Below the pieces are notes generated by a model, which was not told the origin of the DNA, did not search any database, and worked only from the letters and a program-made list of their open reading frames with translations. From positions 124,001 through 188,000 of the forward strand of contig CT868496.1 of NCBI GenBank assembly GCA_000165425.1: 64,000 bases of DNA. Direction: 5' to 3'. Of the stretch, positions 27,151 through 40,246 are shown piece by piece. The stretch's first letter is position 1; each line of letters opens with the position of its first letter. The position numbers and the translations under genes were made by a program. This DNA is from Paramecium tetraurelia. Its lineage: Eukaryota.

Positions 27151-28472
27151 ATGCAATTTACTCCAAAAGTATCTGATTTCGACTTTGAGAGACCTTCAAT
27201 AAAAGTTTACAAACTGAGTTAGCAACTAGTCTTCAATAAAGCTGTATCTGAATAAAAAATAAGAAGATCTAGAGCGATTTCAGATATATTAGATTAACCC
27301 TCAAAATAAATGGATTTCAAGGAGGAAATAAAAAAGTTAGAACAAATTGAAAAGCCTTAAGAGCTAAAAAGGGAAATATTTAGATAAATTAAACAAACTT
27401 GCAGGGAATTTAGAAATGTCGAAAGAGAAAGAGATGGGTCATTATGGGTAAAATCATTTTGTACTAATGAAAAAATTTAACTAAGCAAATTATTCTAAGG
27501 AACTTAAAATATACAAACAATAGATTACAAAAAGTTTCATTCAAGAAGAAACAGCAAAGTAGTCATAATTGCCAAAAAGAAGGAAGTTGAAGTTCCAAAA
27601 TTATCTTAGTTATTACAAAGAGCTTAATAATAACAAAGTAAACCTAGACCTTCGTAAATAAGGTTAAGATTAAAAAGCAAAAATCTGTCTTAAGAAACTA
27701 TATAAGAACAGGAAATCTTTACAGAAAGAGAGTGTTAAGTTAATTTAGCAACTCATAAAATAGATGCCGATACAAAGAAACCTAATAAAGAAATAGATGG
27801 TCAAAATATGAAGGAATTTGATGAGATGCTTCAATTCTATAATCAAGACAGAATAGTTAAAACCTCTTAGTATATTATCCGTAGAAGAATAGATTATAAA
27901 AAAATATTACATGAGTTAAAAAAAAAACTATAATACGTCAGTAGATTAAATTTGGATATTTTTTAGGCATTTAGTGATCAAGTGATTAGTTAAAAACCAT
28001 TCTAAAAAGAGCATTCCTATGAATTTATTTAAGCAGCAAAGCAAGGGAAAGAATTTGAAGTCAAAGAGTTTATAAAAGATAACAAATATTTGGTTTATGA
28101 TTTTGATTATGTAAGTGTGATTGAAAACACTTATAGATTTACATGACGGCTTTACATTGGGCTTGTAAAAGAGGACACTTTGAAATTGTTAGACTATTAG
28201 TTGAAAATGGGGCAGATATTGAATTTCAAGATATCATAGGAAGACCAACACTGTATTTTGCCATAATTGGTAGAAGTGCTAAAATTGTGAAATATATCTT
28301 AGATAAGAGGGCTGATCCTTGGTCAACTACTGCAGTAAACTATAACTAATTGTGTTTGGAATGCGATCCATCTTTTCAGTAATTAATTTCACAAGCAAGA
28401 AAGGTTCATATAACCTTAAAAATGACAGCTCCATCATAAAGAGAAACTATATGGAGAATATTACGTAGATGA
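27151..28472 (+). CDS. Ankyrin-repeat protein
   Basis: MTALHWACKRGHFEIVRLLVENGADI, GRPTLYFAIIGRSAKIVKYILDKRADP. Confidence 0.87.
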
Positions 28473-28727
28473 ATCAATTATTCTATTTAATCATTTACCA
28501 ATTATCTTCTACATTCATAATATTTTCTTTGAATATATATACGTAATAGTTATGAGATTAATTTTATCTTTCAAATTTAATTTTGCTCTAAAATAACCAA
28601 TACTTATTAAAGCAATAAATTCTAAGAATAACATTTCTATGTTTAAAGTCTTCTGTGATGATAGTGGAAATACTATTATGGGGAATCCTTAATTACTAGT
28701 TTATTTATATAATTATTTTATTAAAAT

Positions 28728-28998
28728 ATGTATTAATTATGGAGATTCATCAAGAGGGGTGTAGTGAGCTAACCTCACATGGTTGGAGGAGTGATCATTG
28801 GATATTTTGGAGTAGGAATTATAAGCTATTACAATAGTGATCTATAATTCAATTATGTGAGAATAATAATAATATCCTCAATAGGGAGAATATAATCAAC
28901 CTCATTCGCACAATCACGGAGAGCAAGTTAGATAGTATTGTGAATCAACTTTATTGTAGATTAGATCACAGGTAAATGAACTCAGAGAGTAATATTGA
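28728..28998 (+). CDS. Small (~80 aa) single-TM protein
   Basis: MYQLWRFIKRGVVSQPHMVGGVIIGYFGVGIISYY...; a 28-nt GT-AG intron at 28857-28884 restores the frame to TGA. Confidence 0.7.
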
Positions 28999-29032
28999 AA
29001 TAATCTGAATGATAATTATATAATATATACAA

Positions 29033-29818
29033 TCATAAAAATATCATGTTTTAACATTGGGTGCATGCTAATTATGGTTTCATTTTTTAGATTATTTGTA
29101 ATATCCCGCATTTATTGCACAATTTACAAATAATTTGTGAAAATTTCCTAGTACTTTGGCATTTGTGTTATTTTTAACAAAATTCAAGGCAATTATAACA
29201 GAAACATTTATTACAATTATTGCAAAAATTTATTTTGCTTTCGATATTTTCATTCAAACGAAAAAAATAATTACAATCGTGCATGGGACAAGTAGTGAAT
29301 TGTCCCATTAGTTTTAATGCTTGATGGTTGAGATTAATATTTGTTAATTTACTTTAATCGACAAATTTGCAATCTTAAATTCTTATTTTGCCATAGCATA
29401 ATCTATTAGTATTAGAAAGTCGTCCAACACAATTTCCAGTGATGAATCCCATCTCTATTTGTTATTTGACTTTCTTTTAAAGACATTTTTCATGATAAAA
29501 ATGATGACAATTTGTTTCAATTTCTTCTGATGTTTCAATTATGTCGAGATTACAAACACTACACGTATTAAGAATTTTGAGTATTTATAAAGATTACTAA
29601 ATATAACTATTAAATACGCTAACTGAATGTTTTGTTCGATGTGATTTGGGTTCCATTGTTTACTAACTTTCTTTTAATGCATTAAAGTTTTCAAGAATAA
29701 ACTTGATCATCGCATCTTATAGTTCAATTTTTTAATATATTTTTTATTAAAGTTTTTGTAATTTTGCATCTACAAATTCTTCTATTTATTTGATTACATT
29801 ATCTATTAATAGGTCCAT
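29033..29818 (-). CDS. RBR-like protein: RING1-IBR plus truncated, non-catalytic RING2
   Basis: CSVC..CHHFYHEKC; IBR CPMHDC...CNNCNKCFCYNC..H.C; tail CNKCGILQIIQKMKPQLACTQCQNMIFL-TGA lacking GGCNHM. Confidence 0.8.
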
Positions 29819-30499
29819 AATTAATATATTTGTTAATAAATAATTATTATCTGTTTAATAATTAAGTTCTAAAAAGATAAATATCAAATATATTTGTTTG
29901 AATCAACCTAAATATAGTATAGATACTCTTGTAAGATATTGAATATTTATCAAAAATTTTATATTTTTTAAAAATGTTTTATAAATCATTAGCAATTAGA
30001 ATTTCCTCTTTATGCGCATGATTTTCTTATGATCTCTCTTTACATCATGTCAAGATGTTAATCAAACCAAAAATTCAATCATTTTTTGTAAAAATCTATT
30101 TTTTCTTCCAAAATATTTTTGACTTTTCTTTTTAAATCTTGTTAATATATTCTCCAATCCCTTTAGTAATATAAAATATTAAAAGAGTTAAGAGTATGTT
30201 ATAAAAAAAATTAAGTACATATTTAATTTTATTATATTTAGATCATCCTACATTTTCATAAATTACAGCAATATTTTCAGTAACTCTTTTGACTGCTATA
30301 CAATAATTAAGAATCATAATAATAAAAAGTTAAACAAGAATCTTAAAAGTTACTATATATATTACATTCATAATTTCGAAATACTTTAATATCTTAGAAC
30401 TACTTGCATCCCGTATCATAGAATTTATTAGAATATTTCGGTATGTTCTTTGAATAAAAGTAACCTATTAGCAGAAAAATTATTATAAAATTATAAGTA

Positions 30500-31105
30500 T
30501 TTTTAATTTGAAACATTTTTATCATATAAATTCACACCAAACAATATATAAATCTATCATTAATTTTTTGAACTATTCCATTTCTGTCATCATCATTTTT
30601 CATGAAGATTGCCTCCCAATTATAATAATATTCTTTATCTCTAATATATTATTAGCTTCCATAAAAATATTTTTTTATCTTTTTTGTATTTAAATCTTGA
30701 TTTTTTCATATCAGCAACAAGCTAATCGAAATCTTGGTCTGGTTCAGCTGGTTTCTAAATATTTCTAGCTAAATTCACTACTCCAGTAACATTGTGTTGT
30801 ACAATTCCATATTATGATTAACTATTGTTAATTAAAAGTATTACTTTTATAAAAATTTAGGTTTTAAGAACAGCTTAACACTTGGCCAATGTTTCCCCTT
30901 TAATACTCTTTTTGTTTTTGAAACAAAAATACTATTGCAAGAAATGAACTTATCCTTTGAGATGCAATTCATAGAGGGAATAGGTTATGGAGGAGTAAAT
31001 TAATTTTGGTTTTAGAATTCTCTTCTACCATTTGCTCATTAACAACTTGGAGTGATTTTATCTATGAGATTTGCTACCATAAAAACGATACTGGCAAACT
31101 CCCAT
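30500..31105 (-). other. Possible degenerate gene or pseudogene (MGVCQ start)
   Basis: ATG in good context and intron-like GT-AG pieces, but I could not build one continuous frame. Confidence 0.25.
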
Positions 31106-31405
31106 GATTATTTAATAAATAAGATTTACATTTAAATTAAATTAAGTTAAATTATTATAATATTGGTATTTTATAAATATTTAACATATTAACCAATGAT
31201 TTTAAGATTCAAATGTGCATTATAGCTATCCCAAGGAGGTTTCTCTGAAGATATAAAATCTTAAATAAAAATAATATTCCTATGTTGCTAATTAGAAAAG
31301 TTATGAAAATGATTTTTAAATTCTCAATTTAATTATGATTATAATAGAGATGTTTGGGTAATTTTACAATATTAATATAGATAATGATTTCGTTTGTTTA
31401 AATTT

Positions 31406-31504
31406 AAAACGAGCTCAGCTTCCGGAATAGGAGCCTCGCCCGCAACCTATTAAATAGGTTTAAACTTGGATATGTTTCTACTTGAATCTGGAATGATTGA
31501 GTAT
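31406..31504 (-). ncRNA. Candidate structured small RNA of unknown family
   Basis: GC-rich island with two hairpins ending in UUUU; AAACCCATAA element ~50-55 nt upstream; no coherent ORF. Confidence 0.5.
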
Positions 31505-31551
31505 TTCAATTAATTTATTGTTCTTTAAATATTTAATAATTAATTTAATTA

Positions 31552-31561
31552 TTATGGGTTT
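31552..31561 (-). promoter_or_regulatory. Ciliate small-RNA upstream sequence element AAACCCATAA
   Basis: Exact AAACCCATAA on the minus strand (plus-strand ttatgggttt) in otherwise almost pure A/T DNA. Confidence 0.6.
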
Positions 31562-32444
31562 TTAGAATTGTAAGGAATTTATTTAAAATTTAATCATTAA
31601 TATTTCAAATAAAGATCATAATAATACTTTAATATTATTCATAATTAAAATTTTAATTTTTAGGGAATCTTATAGTAATGTATAATATTAATAAATAAAT
31701 AAGGGTCAAGGCTCAATAATAATAAGTATTAATGAATAATGTTTTCTCTTATTATTAAAACATTACTAAGAATGCTATATCATTTTTACTTTAAAAATAA
31801 TAGTTCCAATGTGGATAAAACTTAACTTTCTAATAAATTAAAAGGAAAGGTATTATCCTCTGAACAGAATGAGAGAGACTCAAATTTTAAGGACTTGTAA
31901 TTAAAAACCATTGATTTTAAAAGCAAAGAATAATATGAAAACATGTTTATCCAAGCCTACAGATATCAAATTATTCAGAGCTACCTAATATTTATTGATG
32001 ATCACGTAATTTAAATAAGTAGCAATTATTTCAAAAAATCAATAATTTTCTCTAAATGTGGAAAAAATAAATAATAATTGCTCTTATAAAGAATTAATTA
32101 ATAACAAACTTAAGAATCAAAATGAAATAAAATTAAAGTCTGTATTATTTTTGGGCAAATTTTAATGAATTCCAATTTATATTTATAGTTGATTATTCAT
32201 CGATAGCAGTATAAAACAAATTCTGAATTTGTTTTTAAATTAATAAGTAAAAAAGCTTAGATTGAATAGAATGTAGTGAGCTTTATAAAATTATTATTTT
32301 AATGTAAATAAATTCAAATAATTTTTCATTCTTATTGTTTATTCTGGCTCTGAGTTGACTCCTTCATAAAAATTACTGCTAGTACGGTATTCATAATAGA
32401 TAAATATAATTATTAATATTTAAAGATATATTTAAAGCAATTTA

Positions 32445-33084
32445 ATGGATTCGCACCCAGCACACTTGAGAAATTAAAAAAAGTAGATCACTTTGATTTT
32501 CAAATCAAGTTAAAATCTAAATTAATTGTATATATGAATTTCGAGTTTATAGATCACAAAAATTAGTTTAGACAAGCCATTCAGAAATAAATGTGCAAAC
32601 AGGTCCTCGACTAAATCCAAACAAAATTTAAAGCAGATCTGGGGATACAGGAGATCTCCTTGAAAGTGTAAATTTTCTACAAAGCAGTGAAAGTCTTGGC
32701 TCGAGTTTATTTCCTTAGTAGATTACTAAAAGTGGTTCTCTTCTGAATTAATATTGCCCTCATGTTCCTCTTACACAAGAGATAGAAAATTGCTTATTTG
32801 AATAAATAAAGTCAGCTTCGACATGTAAATTTTAGAATATTTGCAAAATGAATTGCAAGATGAAATTTAATCCCGCATATACTAATGTTTAATAAATATT
32901 GTTATATTAACTCCATGAAAATTAGATTGTAGAATTAAAAAACATAATAATGAAAAATCAAGAAAAGAAGATCAGGGCTTGTGATGGGTAAGGATGCGAA
33001 TTCTATTTTATTTTGAATAATTAATTACCATAAGCAAATTATTACTGTCCTCTTTGCTTAGAATATTTTGAGTTAAAAATATGA
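32445..33084 (+). CDS. Hypothetical protein with degenerate RING/IBR-like C-terminal Cys pairs
   Basis: MDSHPAH start; 25-nt intron gtatatatg..ttatag; C-terminal RACDGQGCEFYF...YYCPLC-TGA. Confidence 0.6.
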
Positions 33085-33415
33085 ATATTTTTAAAAATAG
33101 TATTTATTTTAATATTTAATCTTAATAATCCTATTCGCATGATCAGAACAAAATCAATTTAATACCTTTCACTTTTATGAGTAAGATGAGGGAAGTGTAA
33201 ACTATATTAAGAGAATCATGCTTCCTGTAGGATAATTAAGGCATTTGAGATATTAAAATACTTAAATAATATAATAGCATTATCAGTATTAATTAAATTT
33301 AATCTTTAAGAATTCTAAAGTTGAATAAAATTGAATAATGTATTATTTTTGTTAGAAAACATAAAGTTTAACAAAAAGTTGTATTTTTATAGTTTTTAAT
33401 AATAACTTATTAATA

Positions 33416-36400
33416 ATGAACAGTTGCTCTCCCGTCTTAAGTTAATCCAAAGTGACTACTACATCTGGATTCTTAAAAAATTTATTAGATTATAAAGCTT
33501 CTCTAAATTCAAATGGATCGAGCAAAAAATAATCAATTTCTAGTTTTTAAAGAGACATTTCTCATCTTGCCGATTCATTCAGACATAAGACCTTGTAATA
33601 ACAAATTAAGGAGAAACAACAAGTAGCAGAAATGCGATTAAATGAATACATTCTAAAGTAAAAGGAGAGAAAACACAATCAAGAGTACATGATGCAAAAT
33701 CAAAGGTATCACTATAAAACATAAAATCTCGAAAACACTTTCGATGACGTGCTTTAAATTTTAGAGAAATATTCAGACTTCAATTTGAATTGGGTAGCAT
33801 AAGACTTATAAGAAGTAAGTGGAAATAGGAAAAATGTAATGTTAAATTTAAAATAAACAATAGTGAATGGTATAGAAAAGGGGTATTTTGAGGATATTTC
33901 AAGTACTCAGAACACCGAAAGGAAATTATCCATAAAGAAAAAAATAAGTACTTATCTGAATAATATTTGGGATAGTTAAGGACATGAAACACACAAGCAC
34001 ACATTTCTTTTCGAACGAGCCTACTGGGAGAAATGATGCTATTAATCTAAAAAAATGGCTTTAAAATCAATTGGAGAATATCTCCTAAAATCCAAGTATT
34101 GATCACAAATCTAAATTACAGTAAGCAAGCGATGTCCTATTTTTATGCTTGAATGAATTGATTAGATAAGTTTCATTTTAATGTACAGAGAGAGGATAAT
34201 TGATGCTCGCTATCTTTAAAGGGTATATAACAGTATTTAGAAAAACTATGAATATGTCAGAGTCCGATAAGCAACAAATGTAAATAATGGGTTACAAAAA
34301 TTAATTGGAACAATAAGTAGAATTTGAATAGCAATAAGATGAAATGAATGAAAAGATATTAAATCTCAAATAAGTCATCCAAAAATTAGAGAATCAATTG
34401 TAAACACAAAAGGAAGATGAACAAAATTTGATGATAATAGTTTAAAAACTGACAAAGTAGAATGAACTCGACAAAACTATGAAAAAGAGTGCTGCTACTT
34501 TGATATCAAACTTGAATAGAGAAATTAAAGAGTTAAGAAACAAAATATAGAAGATCTAATATATGAAATAATCTAATCATTAAGTTATAAAAGCTGAAGA
34601 AGAAGAAGATGAATAAGATTTGTCATTGTCTTAAGTATTAAAGGAAGTTGATAAAAAAACATCTGTTGAATAAAATCCTGATATAGTTGTAAAAGACATA
34701 GTTGATGAACCACCAAAGATTACTTTCTCTGTTAATTGTTAAACTGAAATTTTTGTTCATACTTTTGAAACTTAAACTGATCTAAATTTGATAGGACAGT
34801 AATTTGATAAAATTATTAATCAATAAGAATTGGATTAGCATTTCAAAGAGTTCCAACTTAAAGAGTAAATGGGCTACTTTCTCTCAGATGATCAATAGCC
34901 AATGAGCAATAATAATAAGAATTCTCAATGTCAACCATAAATATAATAGTAAAAGGACCAGAGAGCAAGTTTAATAAGAATATTAGATGGATTGCCAGGT
35001 AGCATGGATAATATAAAGAATATGAAGAAGGAAGATATGTTCGATTTGTTTGTTAATAACATGAGAACCTTGAGGGAATTATTCGATAAAGAAGAACCAT
35101 AGGAAAAATAAGTATAGAGTGATTCAGAACAGTCAATGTTTGTAGAGCCTCCAGAAGTAAATAGTGATGAAAAGAGATCAATAAATAAGGATTCTAAAAA
35201 TAATATTAGGTTGATTGCTGAAGTTGCAGAAATGGATGAAGCATCTCCCATGCCAAATGGATAAAAAAGGATAAATTTTAGTTTAAAGAAATTATCATTT
35301 GAAAAAATTGAACAACAGGCTGTGAAAAATAATACCAACTCTTAAAAATAAAGTCAGAAATCTAATAAAAGACAACTAGAAAAGATGTTTAGTTCAGATA
35401 AGTTGGCACTACCAACTGTAAAAGAATTTCAACCTAATGAGCTTACGCAAACATAAATGCTTACTAATTCAAATACTCATCTTAATACAGTCAATTCAAA
35501 TTAGTCCATCATTCAGAGTAGTACGAATCTATAAGCTAATACAATAGCTAATAAATTTGGATTAAGTAAACAAGAGTAGATCCAATTGAAAACTTAAGTT
35601 GCAATGTTGATTATGTTGTATAACTTATAAATTCAGAAATAATAAAACTTAACTCGATCTATGAATGATTTGGCAGGATTATTAAATTAACTGTTTTCAT
35701 TTACTAGAAAATTGATGATACACATCCTAAGAACTCAATAATAGTCTCACAAATAAATAGTTGAATAATTTCTAGTAGAATTCGATTCTTTGCGTAAAAG
35801 AATGCCAATTGAATTAGATGCAGAGATATAAGAAGAAGAGTATCTTATAACAGAATTTGATGAAGAGGAAGAGAAGGAGAAGAAGAAGCAAATATTATTT
35901 AAGAAAAAAAAAAATAGAATTACAAAAGCTTTGCAATTTAACTTTTAATAGAAACAAAATAAAGTAAATGTGATTGACAGATTGATGCATCCAGGAGTAA
36001 TATTGGCAGTTAAAGCTAGAGAATAATCATATTTGTTTAAGAAAGTAGTAAATTATTGGCCTTTAAAAAATGTATTGAGAACTATTACTTAATTGTATGA
36101 TGAAAAGATTAGAAGCAGCAAAGACAATGAATCATAAAAGGATCTCGAAATGCAAATCTTTGTTTTTAATAATTTTTTAAATAGATATGGATTTAAGAAT
36201 GTTGCTGAAAAGAAATATTTGTAATTCTTACTTTCAGTTATTCATTTTTCCTCTATCTTTAGAGTCAATGTGTTTGCAAGGATGATTGCAATATTGTAAG
36301 ACGAACATTTAAATTTTTCAATTGAAGAATCATCTTTCTTTTTATAAGGGTATGATTTCATGTGTTCCGAATCATCCTTGGGAGTCAATGTTGTTCAAAG

Positions 36401-37175
36401 TGAAAGTGAGCAAAAGTTTCATGTTCCCTACTTAAGAGCCTTGGATTATATGAAAGTCTTTTTAGAAAACAAAATGATGGAAGATGAACTTAGAGATTTG
36501 AAGAATGATTTAGAAAATCTAAAGGAGCCAGACCCTAAGAATTTAAACAAATAAGGACTGATTGATGTTGATAACTTCCTTGTTAAAGTAATGAATAAAT
36601 ATAGAATCATTACGACCAGAACAAAAGAGTTTGTTATTCATGCATTTTAAGCAGCAGATTTAGATGGAAACAAAAAAATTAATAATAATGAATTTATTAC
36701 TTTATTTAGACATATAGAACATCAAAAATTTAATTTCAAAGAGGCTATGAATTTGTTTTATGAATAAGCTGATATTGTCTAGGGAGAAGAACGAAATTTA
36801 TCATTTAATCGGTTTACTTCCCTTTGTGTAAGTCAGTAGATCTTTACTTTCTAAGCTCTCAATCATTTTATCCATGTAAAGACAAATGATGATGTAGAGA
36901 AGTAATTTTTATTGGTGAGGTAGGAATGGCCAAATTACAAAACAGAGATAGAAGGAACTTTAAAAGAATTATAACCATATGTTACTCCAGAAATCTTTTA
37001 AGAGTGGAATACTATTTTGAAAACTCTCGAGTAAAGAATAATGAGTCAAGCAACTTAATAATCGAGCATTAAACCCATCCTAATAGCTCATAGAATATTG
37101 AAGTTAGAATTACAAAGATTGTTACATGTTGGACATTAAGAAGATGATATTGATGAAAACGCAATCATTTAATGA
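33416..37175 (+). CDS. Axonemal dynein light-chain (p28/AXDND1-type) domain protein with coiled coil and C-terminal EF-hand
   Basis: PTGRNDAINLKKWLQNQL...CLNELIRQVSFQCTERGQL; AFQAADLDGNKKINNNEF. Confidence 0.8.
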
Positions 37176-37221
37176 ACACAGTTATATAATATTAAAAAAC
37201 GCTTCATTATATAAATTTAAA

Positions 37222-37697
37222 TCATACAGGACTTATTTGGATATCAAGTTTAAGTTTTCTAATGTCCCCAGAGAACATATAATCTTATAATTATCTATGA
37301 TATTATATAAACTATCTATCTAGTAATTCATATTATGCTTTTTGACCAAAAATAGATTTCACCTATGTGATAAGGAGATCAAAATTACTTGAAGTGGCCC
37401 AAACAGTAGTAATGCTTTTGTTAATAATCTTGCCCATCTTTTCTCGATCCTATTAAGGAAAGGAATTTTTTTATAGAGAATAACTGATAAAGTAGATGCT
37501 GCAAAGACACCTCCTCCCAAATAGACATAATATTTATACAATTCCTGTTATTCTTTTTGCTCATTCTGCGTAAATATAACCATTTATTTTTAATACCTTA
37601 TGGGATTGAATAATTAATCTGTAAACTCCTGTAAACTTACTTATTTGATATGTTTGTATATGTAATCATTCCCATAGAAATCTCTTTGCTGCATCAT
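37222..37697 (-). CDS. Small membrane protein (1-2 TM), unknown function
   Basis: MMQQRDFYG...YVYLGGGVFAASTLSVILY...; 26-nt intron; ends YMFSGDIRKLKLDIQISPV-TGA. Confidence 0.7.
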
Positions 37698-37955
37698 AGA
37701 TAAAATTTAATTATTTTAATTGCAATTAAATTACAAAAAAAGAAAAAGGTCCTCTGTTGAAATTCAATGTCCGCTTTCCCTTTGATTTCGTTATTCAACT
37801 CTAATTAATCATTTATGTTTTAATACCTTATTGAAAATGTAATTATAGAATGGCACAATTGCAGGTCTTCAAAAATAAAGGAGGGAAGTTCTTTAGTATT
37901 GGAATATCTGGTTTAATTGATGATTTATATAATTTTACCAAAAATTAATTATAAA

Positions 37956-39379
37956 ATGGGAAATGAATTTTGCCTATCCAAAAGATCTCCAAAACGGACA
38001 ATTTTGAATGACGATGAGAGACAATAAGTTAAAAGGTTGTACAGGAAGCTCATTTCTAGACATGATGAGTAAGTTATTAATTTGATTATTGAACTTACAA
38101 GAATGATTATTTGAATGAAGAATGTTTTCAATATCTCCTGAAAAATAGACCAACCATTGCTTTGAAATTATTTAAATACATGATCTTTCATCACTCTGAT
38201 GAAAGACCCTCATTTGAGGCTTTTGAAGATTTGGGTGAGAAATTACTCTATTATTCATAGTTGGCAAATTGACTAAACCAGAAACACTGAATAGAATGAC
38301 TAGAACAGAATAATACTCAATAATTTCAATTCAAAAGATAAACATGGCTAAAATAGATTATGATTAGGAAAAAATCTCATATTTAGATGCATTTGATTTA
38401 TTGAGTGAAATCGAATACTTCATATGGGAATAAGGATATTTTGTCACAGATTATTTAATCTAAGATGAATACACTACAAGATCAATCCTCAGTAGATTGT
38501 TTACATCTTCTGCTGGTTCTATAATGTTCTATGAACTTACAATATTTTTAGAACAAAACTTTCCTTGTTTGTCAATATTATTAACAAAATATTTCAATTA
38601 ATTATTTATTTCATAGAGAAATTATAATTAATTATCAAAATTTCAAAAACCCTCCTATTTAGTTAATAATTCTACTTTTGGATATATGGCCATTAGTAGT
38701 TCTGTTATTCAAGAAGCAGATTCATTTGAATTGTTGTGGACAAGTGTAAGGGGATGGAATTTCGATTAATTTTATTCTGCTCTCATAGGATTTAAGGGAG
38801 CAACACTTATTTTAATTAAATTTGATGACAGCACTGAAAATGATAGTGATGAAGAAGAAAATACAAAACAAAAAAAAATAAAACCTAAGAGTAATAAACA
38901 TTGCATTGTGGCAGCATTAAATTCCACATAATGGATAGAAACCAATTCATATTAAGGAACCAGTCAGTCAATACTATTTCAATTGTATCCTACTTACAAT
39001 CCTTTTAATGTTGCCACTGATGTTTTTAAATCCAAGAGACCTGGATCTTAGAATTACTGCTATCTAAATAAGACAGACAATAAGAAAGGACTGGGCTTTG
39101 GAGGAGATATGAAATAATTTAGATTGTGGATTTCAGCCTAAAATATGTAATAATCCAGCTATGCAGCAAAACAAGGAGAACCATATATCAAAGGTATTGA
39201 TTAATACTAAATCTATTTTAGGGGATTTGATTGATCCTTCAATATAGACACCTACAATCACATACATAGAAGCATGGGGTGTGGGTAATTAAAATTTGGA
39301 ATGTGAGAGTAGCAGCGAAGAAGAAATCAAGTGTTACAGGGAATCTACAAATGATTTATTATTAAAATATCAATCATGA
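37956..39379 (+). CDS. TLDc-domain protein, putatively myristoylated (MEAK7/Rtc5-like)
   Basis: MGNEFC; LLWTSVRGWNFDQF..GFKGATLILIK, LFQLYP, NYCYLN, GLGFGG..FRLWI, IEAWGVG. Confidence 0.85.
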
Positions 39380-40246
39380 TCTATAAAGCCATCAGAAAAA
39401 TTAATATATTAAAGCTTATATATTTATTATATTTTGCATTTAGAACATTTTGAAAAAAGAACTTATTCAAAATTTATTATATTTCTGTTGAAGTGCTTGT
39501 AGTATTGATAATGTTACAGATTTGATTTTAAAACAAATTTAGTTGATATTATATTGTTTCAGATTTTGAAGAATAATTGAAGAATGAAATAATAATTTGA
39601 TTTATAAAATATCTTGATAATTATTTATAGTGATTCTTATGATATAAATACAATAACTAACTCATAAGGGTAAATTCTGATTTAAATTTAACTTGCACTT
39701 AGAATAGAATATCAAAGTAATCACTATTAAAAGGAAAGAGTAGATCTTTTAGTAATTGTTGAAATGCTTAAACTTAATTAAAATTAATGTGAAGATTACT
39801 ATTCGAAAGAATTTTAGCAAAAATTTAAATAAGAAACCCAAATTTTATTCTCATCTCTTTAAGAAATGGGAAGAGAATAGGAATTCACTAATTCTGATTA
39901 TGATATTCGAACACTAATTCAAAGGTGGAGTTGAGTCTTGAGCTTAAATGAGGATTTATGATTAATTCAATAAACTGCAAGAAAGAGTGAATAGGTAGTT
40001 TACATAAATCTGCTTGGACTATAGCCCATTTTTGAGGAAGACACAAAGAATGGATAAAATTGAAAAAATTATGAATGATGGAGATGTAATATTTTGATTA
40101 TGAGAGTTAGGAATCAGATTTGATTGTTATTCAAAGGGATTTTTTATAAAGTATTATTTATTATTAGTTATTAAAAATCATTTTTAATACTTTAAAAAAT
40201 TTATTTTGGATCAGATATTAAAAAAGTCTAATTATTATAAATTAAA

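Noticed and set aside
29283..29308. Perfect 9-bp inverted repeat ATGGGACAA/TTGTCCCAT
   Set aside because: Lies inside the IBR coding sequence and is short enough to arise by chance.
31406..31504. Identification as telomerase RNA, U2, U5 or tRNA-Sec (AUAC start, AGAUUCAAGUAG)
   Set aside because: No CAACCCC template, GUGUAGUA branch-pairing sequence, GCCUUUUAC loop or T-loop; kept as unknown.
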